From assembly GCF_009914755.1 (NCBI RefSeq), contig NC_060928.1: 64,000 nucleotides of DNA; one strand, written 5' to 3'. A program made the translations under genes and the position numbers. Positions within the stretch are counted from its first letter, which is position 1. Each line of letters starts with the position of its first letter. Origin of the DNA: the human T2T-CHM13v2.0 reference genome, Homo sapiens. The notes below the pieces were generated by a model. It was not told where the DNA came from. It ran no database searches and saw nothing but the letters and a program-made list of their open reading frames with translations. This document shows positions 43,843 through 57,334 of this stretch, one piece after another.

Positions 43843-46800
43843 TGTTAGCAGAGGTGAATTCGTATGGTCTGAGGCAACCTCAATTCTTCCCTCCTCAAAA
43901 GAAAGAATTTGAACGAGGAGCATAAGGCAGAAGGAGAGACCAAGGAAAGTTTTAAAGCAGGAGTGAAAGTTTATTAAAAAGCATTAGAGTAGTGTCAAAA
44001 GGATTGGTACCAATTCTTCTTTGAATGTCTGGTATAATTCTGCTGTGAATCTGTCTGGTCCTGGACTTTTTTTTGTTGGTAATTTTTTAAATTATAATTT
44101 CAATCTCACTGCTTGTTATTGGGGTGTCTAATTATTCCTGATTTAAGCTAGGAGGGTTGTATTTTTCCAGAAATTTATCCATCTCTTCTAGGTTTTCTAG
44201 TTTATGTGTGTAAAGGTGTTCATAATAGCCTTGAATGATCTTTTGTATTTCAGTGGTGTCAGTTGTAATATCTCCTGTTTTGTTTCTTAATGAGGTTATT
44301 TGGATTTTCTCTCTTCTTTTCTTGGTTAATCTTGTTAATTGTCTGTCAATTTTATTTATCTTTTCAAAGAACTGTCTTTTTGTTTCATTTCTCTTTTGTG
44401 GTTTTTGTTTGTTTGTTTGTTTGTTTGTTTCAATTTCACTTAGTTCTCCTCTGATCTGGGTTATTTCCTTTCTTCTGCTGGGTTAAGTTTGCTTTGTTCT
44501 TGTTTCTCTAGTTCCTTGAGGTGTAACCTTAGATTGTCTGTTTGTGCTCTTTCAGTCTTTTTGACGTAGGCATTAAGGGCTATGAAATTTCCTCTTAGCA
44601 CTGCATTTTCTGTATCCCAGAGGTTTTGAAAGGTCGTGTCATTTTCATCATTCAGTTTGAAGAATTTTTAAATTTCCATCTTGATTTCTTCTTTTACCCA
44701 ATTCTCCTTCAGGAGCAGGTTATTTAATTTCCATGTATTTGCAGGGTTTTGAAGATTCTTTTTGGAGTTGGTTTCCAGTTTTATTCCACTGTGGTCTGAG
44801 AGAGTGCTTGATATAATTTCAATTTTCTTAAATTTATTGAGGCTTGTTTTATGACCTATCATATGGTCTGTCTTAGAGAAAGTTCCATGCCCTGTTGAAT
44901 AGAATGTGTATTCTGTGTTTGTTGGATTAAATGTTCTGTATATATCTGTTAAGTCCATTTGTTCCGAGGTATAGTTTAAATCTATTGTTTCTTTGTTGAC
45001 CTTCTGTCTTGATGAGCTGTCTAGTGCTGTCAGTGGAGTATTGAAGTCCCCCACTGTTATTGTGTTGCTGTCTCTCTCATTTCTTAGGTATATTAGCAAT
45101 TGTTTAATAAATTTGGGAGCTCCAGTGTTAGGTGCATATATGTTTAGGATTGTAGTATTTTCCTGTTGGACAAGGGCTTTTACCATTATATAATGTCCCT
45201 CTTTGTCTTTTTTACCTGCTGTTGCTTTAAAGTTCATTTTGTCTGATATAAGAAAAGCTACTTCTGCTAGCTTTTGATACCCATTTGCATGAAATGCCTT
45301 TTTCCAACCCTTTACTTTAAGTTTATGTGAGTTCTTCTGTATTAAGTGAGTCTCTTGAAGGCAGCAGATAAGTGGAGCATTTAGGCCATTTACATTCATT
45401 GTTAGTATTGAGATGTGAGGTACCATTCCAGTCATCGTGCTGTTTGTTGCCTGTGTACTTTTTCTTGTTTTGTTTTTTGTATTTTAAAATCTATTTTTGT
45501 TTTATAGATCATGTGAGATTTATGCTTTAAAGAGGTTCTGCTCTGATGTGTTTCCAGGATTTGTTTCAAGACTTAAAGCTCCTTTTGGCAGTTCTTGTAG
45601 TGGTGGCTTGGTAGTGGCGAATTCTCTCAGCATTTGTTTGCCTGAAAAAGACTGTATCTTTCCTTCATATTTGATGCTTAGTTTTCCTGTATACAAAATT
45701 CTTGGCTGATGATTGTTTTGCTTGAGGAGGCTGAAGATAGGGCCCCAATCCCTTCTAGCTTGTAGGGTTTCTGCTGAGAAATCTGCTGTTAATCTGATAG
45801 GTTTTCTTTTACAGGTTACCTGGTGCTTTTGTCTCACAGCTCTTAAGATTCTTTCTTTTGTCTTAACTTTAGATAACCTGATGACAATGTGCCTAGGTGA
45901 TGATCTTTTTGTGATGAATTTCCCAGATGTTCTTTGTGATTCTTGTATTTGGATGCCTAGGTCTCCAGCAAGGCTGGGGAAGATTTCCTCAATTATTCCC
46001 TGAAACATGTTTTCCAAACTTTCAGATTTCTCTTCTTCCTCAGGAATGCTGATTATTCTTAGGTTTGGTTGCTTAGCATAATCCCAGATTTCTTGGAGGC
46101 TTTGTTCATATTTTCTTATTCTTTTTTCTTTCTCTTTGTTGGATTGGTTTAATTCAAAGACCTTGTCTTCAAGCTCTGAATTTCTTTCTTCTACTTTTTC
46201 GATTCTATCGCTGAGACTTTCCAGAGCATTTCTATAAGTGTATCCAATGTTTCTTGACATTTTGATTGTTTTTTATTCATGCTATCTATCATATCTATTT
46301 CATTGAATATTTCTCCCTTCACTTCTTGTATCTTTTTTTTTGGATTTCTTTGCATTGGGCTTCGCCTTTCTTTGGTGCCTTCCTGATTAATTCTATGAAG
46401 CAAGAATCACCCTAATACCAAAACCAGGAAAGGACATAACCCAAAAGGAAAACTACAGACCAATATCCTTGATGAATATAGATGCTAAAATCCTTAACAA
46501 AACACTAGCTAACCAAATCCAACAACATATCAAAAAGATAATCCACTATGATCAAGTGGGTTTCATACAAGGAATGCAGGGATGGTTTAACATACACAAG
46601 TCAATAAAAATCATACACTACATAAACAGATTTAAAAATAAAAATCACATGACCTTCTCAATAGATGCAGAAAAAGCATTTAACAATATCCAGCATCACT
46701 TTATGATTAAAACTCTCTGCAAACTCGGCATGCAAGGGACATACCTCAATGTAATAAAAGACATCTATGATGAACCCACAGCCAACATACTATTGAATGA

Positions 46801-49447
46801 GGAAAAGTTGAAAGCATTCCTTCTGAAAACTGGAACAAGACAAGGATGCCCACTCTCATCACTCCTCTTCAACATAGTACTGGAGGTCCTAGTAAGAGCA
46901 ATCAGAAAGGAGAAAGAAATAAAGGGCATCCAAATAAGTAAAGAGGAAGTCAAACTGTCCCTGTTTGCTGATGATGTGATCATTTACCTTGAAAGCCCTA
47001 AAGACTCATCCAGAAAGCTCCTAGAACTGATAAAAGAATTCAGCAAAGATTAATGTACACAAATCAGTAGCTCCTCTATACACTAACAGCAACCAAGCGG
47101 AGAATAAAATCAAGAACTCAATTGCTTTTACAATAGCTGCAAACAATAAAATACTTAGTAATATACCTAACCAAGGAGGTGAAAGACCTCTACAGGGAAA
47201 ACTACAAAACACTACTAAAATAAATCATAGATAACACAAACAAATGGAAACACATCCCATGCTCATGATTAGGTAGAAACAATATTGTGAAAATAACCAC
47301 ACTGCCAAAAGCAATCTACAAATTCAATGCAATCCCCATCAAAATACACCATCATTCTTCACAGAATTAGAAAAAAAATTCTAAAATTCATTTAGAACCA
47401 AAGAAGAGCCTGCATGGCCAAAGCAAGACTAAGCAAAAGGAATAAATCTGGAGGCATACACAATCTGATTTCAAACTATACTGTAAGGCCACAGTCACCA
47501 AAACAGCGTGGTACTTGTATAAAAATAGGCATATAGACCAATGGAACAGAATAGAGAATCCAGACATAAACCCAAATACTTAGAGCCAACTGATCTTTGA
47601 CAAAGCAGGCAAAAACCTAAAGTGGGGAAAGACACCCTTTTCAACAAATTATGCTGGGATAATTGGCTAGTCACATGCAGGAGAATGAAATTGGATCCTC
47701 ATCTCTCACCTTATACAAAAATCAACTCAAGATGGATTAAGGGTTTAAATCTAAGACCTGAAACTATAAAAATTCTAGAAAGTAACACTGGAAAAACCCT
47801 TCTAGACATTGGCTTAGGCGAGGATTTCATGACCAAGAACACAAAAGCAAATGCAATAAAAACAAAGATAAATAGCTGGGACCTAATTAAACTAAAGAGC
47901 TTTTGCAGGGCAAAAGGAACAGTCACCAGAGTAAATAGACAACCCACAGAGTGGGAGAAAATCTTCACAATCCATATATCTGACAAAGGATTAATATCCA
48001 GAATCTACAATGAAGTCAAGCAAATCAGTAACTTAAAAAAAAAAATCCCATCAAAAAGTGGGCTAAAGACACGAATAGACAATTCTCAAAAGAAGATATA
48101 CAAATAGCCAACAAACATGAGAAAATTCTCAGCATCACTAATGATCAGGGAAATGAAAATCAAAGCCACAATGTGATACCACCTTACTTCTGAAAGCCTG
48201 AATATAATCAAAAAATAAAAAAAGCAAAGGATGTTGGCATGGATGTGGTGAACAGGGAACACTTCTATTCTTCTGGTGGGAATGTAAACTAGTACAACCA
48301 CTATGGAAAACAGTGTAGAGATTCCTTAAAGAACTAAAAGTAGAATTACCATTTGATCCAGCAATCCCGCTGCTGGGTATCTGCCCAGAGGAAAAGAAGT
48401 CATTATACAAAAAAGATACTTGCACACGCATGTTTATAGCAGCACAATTCTCAGTTGCAAAATTGTGGAACCAACCCAAATGCCCATTAATCGATGAATG
48501 GATAAAGAAACTGTGGTATATTTATATGATGGAATACTACTAGGCCAAAAAAATGAATTAATGGCATTTTCAGCGACCTGAATGAGATTGGAGACTTTAT
48601 TCTAAGTGAAGTAACCCAGGAATGGAAAATCAAACATCGTATATTCTCAGTGATATATGGGAGCTAAGTTTTGAGGACGCAAAGGCATAAGAATGACACA
48701 ATGGACTTTGGGACTTGTGGGGAAGTATGGGAAGGAGGTGAGGGATAAAAGACTACAAATATGGTACAGCGTATACTGCTCAGATGATGGGTGCACCAAA
48801 ATCTCACAAATCACCACTAAAGAACTTCCTCATGTAACCAAATACCACCTGTACCCCAATGACTTATGGGGAAAAAAAGCATTCCAGCAGGAATGAAAGG
48901 AAGTAAAGTACTTAGAAGAGGGCCAAGTGGATGACTTGAGAGATCAGATGTGTGGTTCGACCTTTGACTTAGGGTTCTTATAGATTGGCATGCTTTTGGG
49001 GGGATTGCATCCCTTCTCTCCTGACTCTTCCCTTGGAGTGGGCTACCTACATGCTCAGTGGCCTGCCAGCCCTTGAGAGGGGCTGCATGTGTATTGTGTT
49101 TACTGGAATTGTACATATGCTCATTTGAGGCATTCTTCCCTTACCAGTTCTAATGTTCCTAGAAGGTCATATAGCAGTTAAACTCCACCATTTTACCTCT
49201 TAGTGCACATGCATGAGCCCACTCGTCCAAGTTCTGAGATCTTATCAGGAAGATGCTGATCACCAGTTTCAGATGTTTCTGTCTACTGGGGGTCTGCCTT
49301 TCCCTGGCTCTGGCTGTGACCAATTATTATTTTAGAGAAACAGTGTAACAACGACCTGAACATCACCTAATAGTCACCTGACATTCCTGGTTGGGGGTGT
49401 GGGAACTTTTCTGCCCTGCTCATGACTGACTAGCTACCTACTTAACA
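43843..49447 (-). mobile_element. Complete MER50 LTR split by the L1PB insertion (43843-43985 plus 48874-49447)
   Basis: 48925-49447 is the reverse complement of 43254-43776; the LTR 3' part with AATAAA lies at 43843-43985. Confidence 0.85.
43986..48873 (+). mobile_element. L1PB (L1PB1-like) with 5' inversion: 43986-~46389 inverted, ~46390-48873 forward
   Basis: Minus-strand ORF1/EN fragments and plus-strand RT (LFADD) plus L1PB-type 3'UTR; TSD aaaaagcatt at 43976-43985 and 48874-48883. Confidence 0.92.
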
Positions 49448-49737
49448 ATATCTCCGTTTCCAAAATGGAAGTTGTATTTGCAAGGAGGTTTTAAATCATT
49501 TTAGGCATGTATTCTTCAGCTATTTCCGTAACAAACTCAATTATTGTAAACTCAGTGGTTTCCTTCATTAAGCAATTATTCTCACTCTCACTGCCTGCAG
49601 GGAAACTGTGGTTCATCCAGACTAGACTAGGCTTGGATGGGTAGCTCCCTGGCCATGGATTAGCTGGATTTGGCCATGGGCTCTCAGTCTGCTCAATGCT
49701 GAGGGACAGTGATAATACCGCTATCATGAGATATGCC

Positions 49738-50113
49738 TATATTAGTCCATTCTCACACTGCTAATAAAGACATACCCGAGACTGGGTAATTTAAAAAGGA
49801 AAGTGGTTTAATTGACCACAGTTCAGCATGGCTGAGGAGGTCTCAGGAAATTTACAATCATGGTAGAAGGCGAAGGGGAAGCAAGGTACCGACTTCACAA
49901 GGCAGCAGGAAGGAGAAGTGCAAGCCGGGGAAATGCCAGATGCTTATAAAACCATCAGATCTTGTGAGACTCACTCATTATCACAAGAACAGCATGGGGG
50001 AAACCTCTCCCATTATTCAATTACCTCCACCTGGTCCCACCCTTGACACGTGGGGATTATGTGTATTACAATTCAAGGTGAGATTTGGGTGGGGACACAG
50101 AGCTACTATATCA
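49738..50113 (-). mobile_element. THE1D-like solo LTR nested in an old MLT1
   Basis: Full LTR; TSD ATGCC at 49733-49737 and 50114-50118. Confidence 0.9.
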
Positions 50114-50806
50114 ATGCCCAATCTCCAACATACAAGAGAAAAGCCAGACTACACAAGGCTATGAAAAGTTCCGGCTCACATCATGCCTGCCAAATTCCCA
50201 GTGGCCAAAGCAAGTCACACGTCCAAGACCAACATCAAAGGGCAAAGACTTAGTCTCTGCCTATAGTAAGGAGGAAACAGGAGTAAAATGCTGAAGAATA
50301 ATCTAGAATAGCAGAAGCTATTTAAAAAATATTTTCAGATATTAAAAAGTTCAGTCCAATTTTAATCGAAACTCCAATGTGTCATACAATTTTAAGTTTT
50401 TCTTCTTCCTTACCTTAGGCCTGAACTGGCTCTGAAGCCAGAAGAGAGAAAGGGAGAGTGCAGCCTGTTCTTTCTGTTGGGCTTACTCATTTCAGTAGTC
50501 CATTGAGCTGCTCACAAACATTCCAGTTCTCCTTCCTAGACAGAGAAGATAAGATGACTTTGACAGCTACTTAAAGTTAATTATAGCCATGTGACTTACT
50601 TTAGCCAATAAAGTGTGTAACTTCTAGGTGGGAGCTATAATAATAAGTTTATGCTTTGCTACATTCTCATTTTCTATTCCAGTATTCAAAATTGTAGTGC
50701 CTGATCAGCCTGGGTTTTTGTGGTGTAATTAGCAGAGCTCCTGGGATAGACATAAGTGAGAAAGAAGTCTTTGTTCTCGGTTATTGTACTGAGAACTAAG
50801 CTAAGG

Positions 50807-50808
<2 letters not shown>

Positions 50809-50876
<68 letters not shown>

Positions 50877-50903
50877 CAGAGAGAGAGAGAAAGAGAGAGA
50901 GAT
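50809..50903. repeat. (GT)24 followed by (GA)n compound microsatellite
   Basis: Read directly from the sequence. Confidence 0.97.
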
Positions 50904-51667
50904 ATCCGCACATCATCACCTCTTCTCTTATCCTTATTGATTTTTCTTTCACTCTCTCTGTGTTGGGTCATCTTTTTCCGGCTTCTCTACCATGTGTGAG
51001 GGTAAACAAGGAAAAACATGGTACAGTTTTAGGTAGCCAGCACAGTTGTAGTTCCTACCCTCCACACACACCTGTTAAATACCCTTAGTACTGACCCTTC
51101 CCTTCTGTGTGTTTTAGGGGTTTGTTACCTCACAATGTCTGGGATTCCTCATTCTTCAGTATTTCCTGAGAAGGACTATGCTTAATCCTACTGATGTCTT
51201 ATGACTTTGCCTCAATTCCTACTTCTGGTGGGATGCCTCTAGCCACTTTCTGCTGGTATCTGCTTTCTCCTGCAGATAGGCCTCTTGAAAATAGATCTTT
51301 TTTTGACCACCCTAGTCTGGGTGCTGCTCTCAGCACCCTGAGGCACACAGAAAGCCTTCCCCTTGCCATGCTGGTGAGGCAGTTCCCAGTGCAGCTTTCT
51401 TTTCTCTGCTGCTGCTGGGCCAGTTCCAGCCAGCCTGTCCCCTACAGGCAAGTAGCCAGTACCATTCCCTTCAAGTCTTCAAGGCACAAGTCAATTTATC
51501 AGAAATCTCTCTCAGTGTGCCCTGTCGAGCCACATGTAAGAACTGGGACATAGACTTCCTTCACATTCTTCCTCCCATCCTCACAGGGAGAGGAGAAAAA
51601 TGCCTTTCCCCATCCTTCTAGACTGACTACTTTCTTGAAAAACTTACCAGTCAATCTGCTTAATGAA

Positions 51668-52028
51668 TGTATTAGTCCATTTTCATGCTGCTATAAAGAA
51701 TTGACTGAGACTAGGTAATTTATAAAGGAAAAAGGTTAAATTGACTGACAATTCAGCATGACTGGGAAGGCCTCAGGAAACTCACAATCATGGTGGAAGG
51801 CAAAGGGCATCTTCTTCACAAAGTGGCAGGAAGGAGAAGTACTGAGCGAAGGTGGAAGAACCCCTTATAAAACCATCAGATCTCTTGAGAATTCACTCAC
51901 TATCATGAGAACAGCATGAGGGAAACTGCCCCCATAATTCAATGACTTCCACCTGATGTCTCCCTGGGATTATGGAGAGTACAATTCAAGATGAGATTTG
52001 GGTGGGGACATAAAACCTAACTATATCA
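51668..52028 (-). mobile_element. THE1D-like solo LTR
   Basis: Full LTR; TSD ATGAA at 51663-51667 and 52029-52033. Confidence 0.9.
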
Positions 52029-52482
52029 ATGAATCTCCAGTTTTGCTGGTAGACATAGAGGTTGGTGGAGAGTTTTGGGCTAAAGGTCTCAGGACTTGCT
52101 TTGCCTATCTCTTAGCAAGTCTAGCAGAAATGGACTTAGTCCTTTTCTGTAAAATACAGGTGCAATTTATCCCCATTGTCCCAAACCTGGGACATTTTGG
52201 GATCTCAGTGGAGACTAAGAAGACAAATATATTCTAATTTTTTTACAAGTTTAAGAGATTACCACATATTCTAGGAGAAGTGAGTAGTTTGGTGTGACCA
52301 GAATAAATGTTTTTCTGTGCTAAGGATGGGCAGACTGGCTGGGATCAGATGATAAAAGCCCACATAGTTCTATTTTCCATGATGACTAGAATCATGCCTT
52401 TTATTCCATCTTGCTCTTAACTTATGGGTCCCAATCCAACTCTGGCTCTACCCCTCTTCCTCCTACACCATTTGTTTTACCA

Positions 52483-52914
52483 TGTATAGCAGATTGAATA
52501 GTTCTATGTCCGCTCAGAACCTCTGAATATGACATTATTTGGAAACAGTATTTCTAGGCATTATCAAATTAAGATAACACCACACTAGATGAGGGTGGGT
52601 CTTAAATCTAATGACTGGTGTCCTTACAAGAGGATGACAGGCCATTTTGAGACACAGAGAACACCTTTTGAAGATGGAGGCAGAGACTGGACTAATGCAT
52701 CTAAAAGCCAATGATCACCAGGAATGGCCACAGCCACCAGAAACTGGGAGAGGCAAGGAAGGATCCACCCCTGGAAGCTCTGTGGGGACCATGACCCTGC
52801 TAACAGCTGGATTTTGGACGTCTGGCCCCAAGAACTGTGTGAAAATAAATTTCTGTTGTTTTAAGTCACCAATTTTGTGGTAATTTGTTCCAGCAGCCCT
52901 AGAAAACTAATACA
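52483..52914 (+). mobile_element. MLT1C-like solo LTR
   Basis: aatctaatgactggtgtccttac...gaagatggaggcagagactgg...cagcagccctagaaaactaataca. Confidence 0.85.
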
Positions 52915-53506
52915 ACACCACCTATGATTTCTATACTCATTTTTTTGCTCTAACGAGAATGCAGGTCCCTCAGATGGCAGAGTCTAGGTCTTATTTCTCT
53001 CTGGGTTTTCCTTGGCAGAGTGCTTTGACAAGAGACATTTATTATAGATTTGCTTCAATAAAAGCATTGATAATTAGCTTTAATTTGAAATCACTTCACA
53101 ACAAATTGGAAATTTATAACAAACACGGAAGTGTGAATGGAAGAGATGAATAATTATATGCTATTTACTACTACTATTGTTTCTGCCACATAATAGATCC
53201 CCTCTCCCGTTAACTTCAAGTTCTCACTCAATTATTTGGGTCAATTCATATTCTTTAGAAAGAGCTTGCATCTTTATTCAACACATTTAAGCTTCATCTG
53301 AGGGAGTGAACCAATTAAACAAAAAACTAAGTAAAATAAAAACAATTCTGAAAGTGCCAGTAAACAGGAAATTATTAAAAATTACTTGGATAATGGATAT
53401 TTAGAAGAATGTAATTTTATTTTAATTTACTGGCAGAGAACTAATTGTTCAATTATTAGAATACACAAAAGGAAAGATAATGTGGATTTTGTTTTATGAA
53501 GTATTT

Positions 53507-53531
53507 GTGTGTGTGTGTGTGTGTGTGTGTG
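53507..53531. repeat. (TG)n microsatellite, ~12 units
   Basis: Read directly from the sequence. Confidence 0.9.
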
Positions 53532-54491
53532 AATTTCTCAGGGCAGAGTTCTGTGACTAAGACCTTCATTTTATTGCATTTTTACCTTGCCATTTATTTT
53601 TAAAATCTCTCTCTGTTACTTAGGCTGAAAAAAGCTTTTGAAGATAAACTATCCCCCAATAAAAAGAATCTTGTTCTTATTATATAAAGTGGTATTAATT
53701 TAAAATGAGGAAAGTGAGATTAATTTATCAAAGCAACTGAAATGTGGGAATGTAAAACAAGGAATTAAATATATCATTTTTGCCCATTGTTCACATTGTA
53801 TTATATATGTGATTGCACATAAAAACAAAGAAGTGAAGGAAAACACTCCTGACTTTTATTAGAGACTTTACAGTCCTACATTAAATGTTTTGCATGGAAC
53901 CTTCTCTTCAGCGGGGATTGCAATTGTCACTTCTGAATTATTGCAGACTCCACTTTGGTGGGTCTCAGATTAATGAGGACTGACTGCATATGTAAAATGG
54001 GAAGGTCATATGCGGACAGTGTTTTCTTGATTCTTTCCTAATAAGTCATTCCCAGATGGTGAGTTACACCCCAGAGACTGAAGTTTTTCAAGTTTGTTAA
54101 TTTTTTTCCATCTTACTTCCTGCTGATCGATATGGCTACCAAAAGCAGCTTTCTGCAATGAATGCAATTTAGCTAATGAGGAAGTAGGCAGCACTTCTCT
54201 TTGAATTATGGATCGTGTGCTTCTCCATATGTCACTTTCATTGGAGGAACTGAAAGGAGGATTCATATTATTGTTTTATTTTAACCAGAATGGCTAAAGT
54301 TGTTGGCTGTCTATACTGAGTGGCTCTTTGTGTGGGTGAGTAAATACTCTTTGAAAGTGAAAACTTCCTGACAATAAAATGTTACTGGCCAATGGCAGTC
54401 AGTAAGTGAAGGTCTGGTCCAGTCTCTTTTTTAAATTTTTATTTCTATTTTTTTGATTGCCTGTGCACCAGGTGTTTTTGATCTTGAAAGG

Positions 54492-55033
54492 TGACAGAGA
54501 TTCTCTGCTTGACCAAACACTAGCCAGTCTCCTGTGAGCCATCTTCTCAACTAGACCTCAACTTTAACCTATAAAGATTTGAACAGACACTAACGTAGTT
54601 TTTAATAGCTCAACCAAATCCAAGGGATGACTTTAGCCCACTTGAAAGTGCCTGCCTGAGAAAGCTCAAGGTTGCCAGAAGAATTTACTGCTTGTTCCAG
54701 CCAACATGTGAAGAGAGGCCCCCTGTCACCCAGTCTCTGTGAGAATCTAGAAGCCTAAATTCCATAAGCACCAGTTAGCAAACCCAAATGGGTGTTACAC
54801 GGACCAACCCCCACTACACACTTTTTGTAATTTTTCAGTTCTCTGGCTCGACTGAGCTCTGCTCACCCACTTCCCTGCACCCTTATTCTCCCTTTGAAAC
54901 ATCCAGTCACCTCTGTTACAAATCAAAGTTGAGTCCAGTTCATGATGAACCCTTTCCCTAATGCAATGGTTATTATGGATTAAAATCCATCTGCACCACT
55001 TTAACCAGTGCCTAGCTTTGTTTATCTTTGACA
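54492..55033 (+). mobile_element. ERV1 solo LTR (MER67A-like)
   Basis: tgacagagattctctgcttgaccaaac...ctttgaca with TG...CA ends; flanks aagg/gagg are a probable 4-bp TSD. Confidence 0.75.
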
Positions 55034-55135
55034 GAGGTCATGTTTTATTTTTTATTTTTTTTTATTTTTTAAATAGTGGGAGAGGTTGGTAATAACCAAA
55101 GTCTCCATCAGCTCTGGCATCTTTTGTTTCAATAA

Positions 55136-55659
55136 TGTGATGGTTACTTTTGTAAGCCAGCTTCACTGGGCTAAGGAATGCTCAGATGGCTGGTAATACA
55201 TCATTTCTTGGTGTTTCTGTGAAGGTCTTTCCATAAGAGATTAGCATTTGAATCAGTGGACCCAGTAAAAACGATTTGCCCTCACTAATGTGGGTGGGCA
55301 TCATCCAATCTGTTGAGGGCTCAGACAGAACAGAAAGGTGGAGGAAGGCTTTTTATGCTTGAGCTGGGACATACATCTTCTCCTGCGTTTGGACAACAGA
55401 GCTCCTGGTTCTCAGGACTTTGGATTTGGACCAAGACCAGGATTTGCAACATTGGCTCCCCTGGTTCTCAGGCCATTGGACTTCGATTGAATTACACCAC
55501 CAGGGTTCCTGGGTCTCCAGCTTGCACACAAAAGACGATGGGACTTCTTAGCCTCCATAATCCCATGAGCCATTCTCTCATAAGAAGTCTCCCTCTCTCT
55601 CTCTCTCTTTCACCCATTGATTCCTTTTTTTTTTTCTCCAGGGAACCCTGACTAATACA
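55136..55659 (+). mobile_element. MLT2B-like ERVL solo LTR
   Basis: tgtgatggtta...gagattagcatttgaatcagtgg...gaaccctgactaataca. Confidence 0.88.
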
Positions 55660-56021
55660 AATATAATAATTGCCAGTGGGATACTCTGGAAAATAATGGT
55701 TAGCCTTCTGTGAAATTTGATGCCTATCATCTGTTCCCTGAAACTTCCCCTACGTACTTAGAGAAAGAGAGTTTGCCCACATGAGTCTTTCTCATGCAAA
55801 TAAAGAAAACCCTACTTTGTTTATTTCCATCACCCCATTGAATAGCTTTCTTGCGCTACCTCAGTTTCTCCAAGGTCTTAGGGGGCAGAAAACAGAAACC
55901 TTTGGCAAAGGTCAAAGACAGAATGAAACACTAGCTTTATCGATGAATTCTTCTTGAAAGTCAAATTATGTGGTGGAGTTTCTTTCTCCAACTCTCCAGA
56001 GGAAAAATCAGTATACACAGG

Positions 56022-56375
56022 TGTATTAGTCCATTTTCACAATGCTGACAAAGACATACTCAAGACTGGGCAACTAACAAAAGAAAGAGGTTTATTGGAC
56101 TCACATTTCTACATGGCTGGGGAAGCCTCACAATCAGGGTGGAAGATGAAAGTCATGACTCACATGGCGGCAGACAAGAGAAGAGGAGAGCTTATGCAGG
56201 AAAACTCCCCTGTTTAAAACCGTCAGATCTTGTGAGAGTCATCCACTATCACAAGAACAGCTCAGGAAAGCCACAATTCAATCACCTCCCACTGGGTTCC
56301 TCTCATGACACATGGGAATTGTGGGGGTTTCAATTCAAGATGCGATTTGGGTGGGGACACAGCCCAACCATATCA
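56022..56375 (-). mobile_element. THE1A-like solo LTR
   Basis: Full LTR; TSD ACAGG at 56017-56021 and 56376-56380. Confidence 0.9.
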
Positions 56376-57334
56376 ACAGGGGGCTCATAGTTTATTGGTA
56401 TGGTAGGAAGCAGTAGATATATCCCTTGTGTAGCTCAGGTTTTCTCAAATCACATCAGCCTCAAAATTAAAACAAAAACAAAATATGTTTAATTAGATGA
56501 CATTCTCTGTTGGTGGGGTTTTGGAGAACAAGCATCCTCATACTGCTGGCATAAATTCAAAATGGTACAATACCTATAGAGGGAAAGTTGGCATTATATT
56601 TTTAAAAATCCATGCATATTCATTCTTTGTCCTGACATACTTCTAAGTAAATATCCCAAGGGCAAACTGATTAGAAAAACCCCACAAAATCTAAAAGATG
56701 TACACACACTGTTGTGCATTATAGCATGATTTAAAGTGACATAGGAGAGGCGGAGTCACCAACTGGCATGGCTAATTGACCAGCTGGGCAAAAGGCATCA
56801 AGGCTACAGTTCACATTAGGAGCTGGAGGAATCACAAGGAAATTGGCTGATCAATTTGCAATTATGAATGGATGAGCGCTGTTCCAACCACCCAGAAGTG
56901 AAGGATTGGGTCATATCTTTCAGTCCTGCTGGTAAGCCACCTTGGCCTGCTGAATAGATGTCAAAGGGGCAGACCATAAGTACCAGATGCAGCCTGAGCC
57001 CAATGACAACATAGGGGCTTTAGCTTGTTCTTCTAATGTCCTCTTTCCAGTTTCCCCTCAGAAACAGGAGCCAACAGGACCATGAAGGGGCTGCTGCTGT
57101 AGTGTGCATGGCTGGAGTGTTCTGCCTGGTGCAAGGTATTGACTGATGGCAGCCTGGGGTGGTGCTACTCAAACATTCCCACTTGCTCCTCTGGCTTCCT
57201 TTGCCCTGCTTCCGTATACACAAGTAAAGAGGCCCCCTGACTTTCACATCTGACTTCCGACTAATTGCCTATTACTCACTTCAGCTGTTCATTATCATTT
57301 TGTAATGCATCAATGGTCCTTAGCAAGAGCCATC

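Noticed and set aside
44668-48107. Endonuclease, ORF1 and RT ORFs on opposite strands as a novel RT-nuclease system
   Set aside because: Fully explained by one 5'-inverted, decayed L1PB with a TSD
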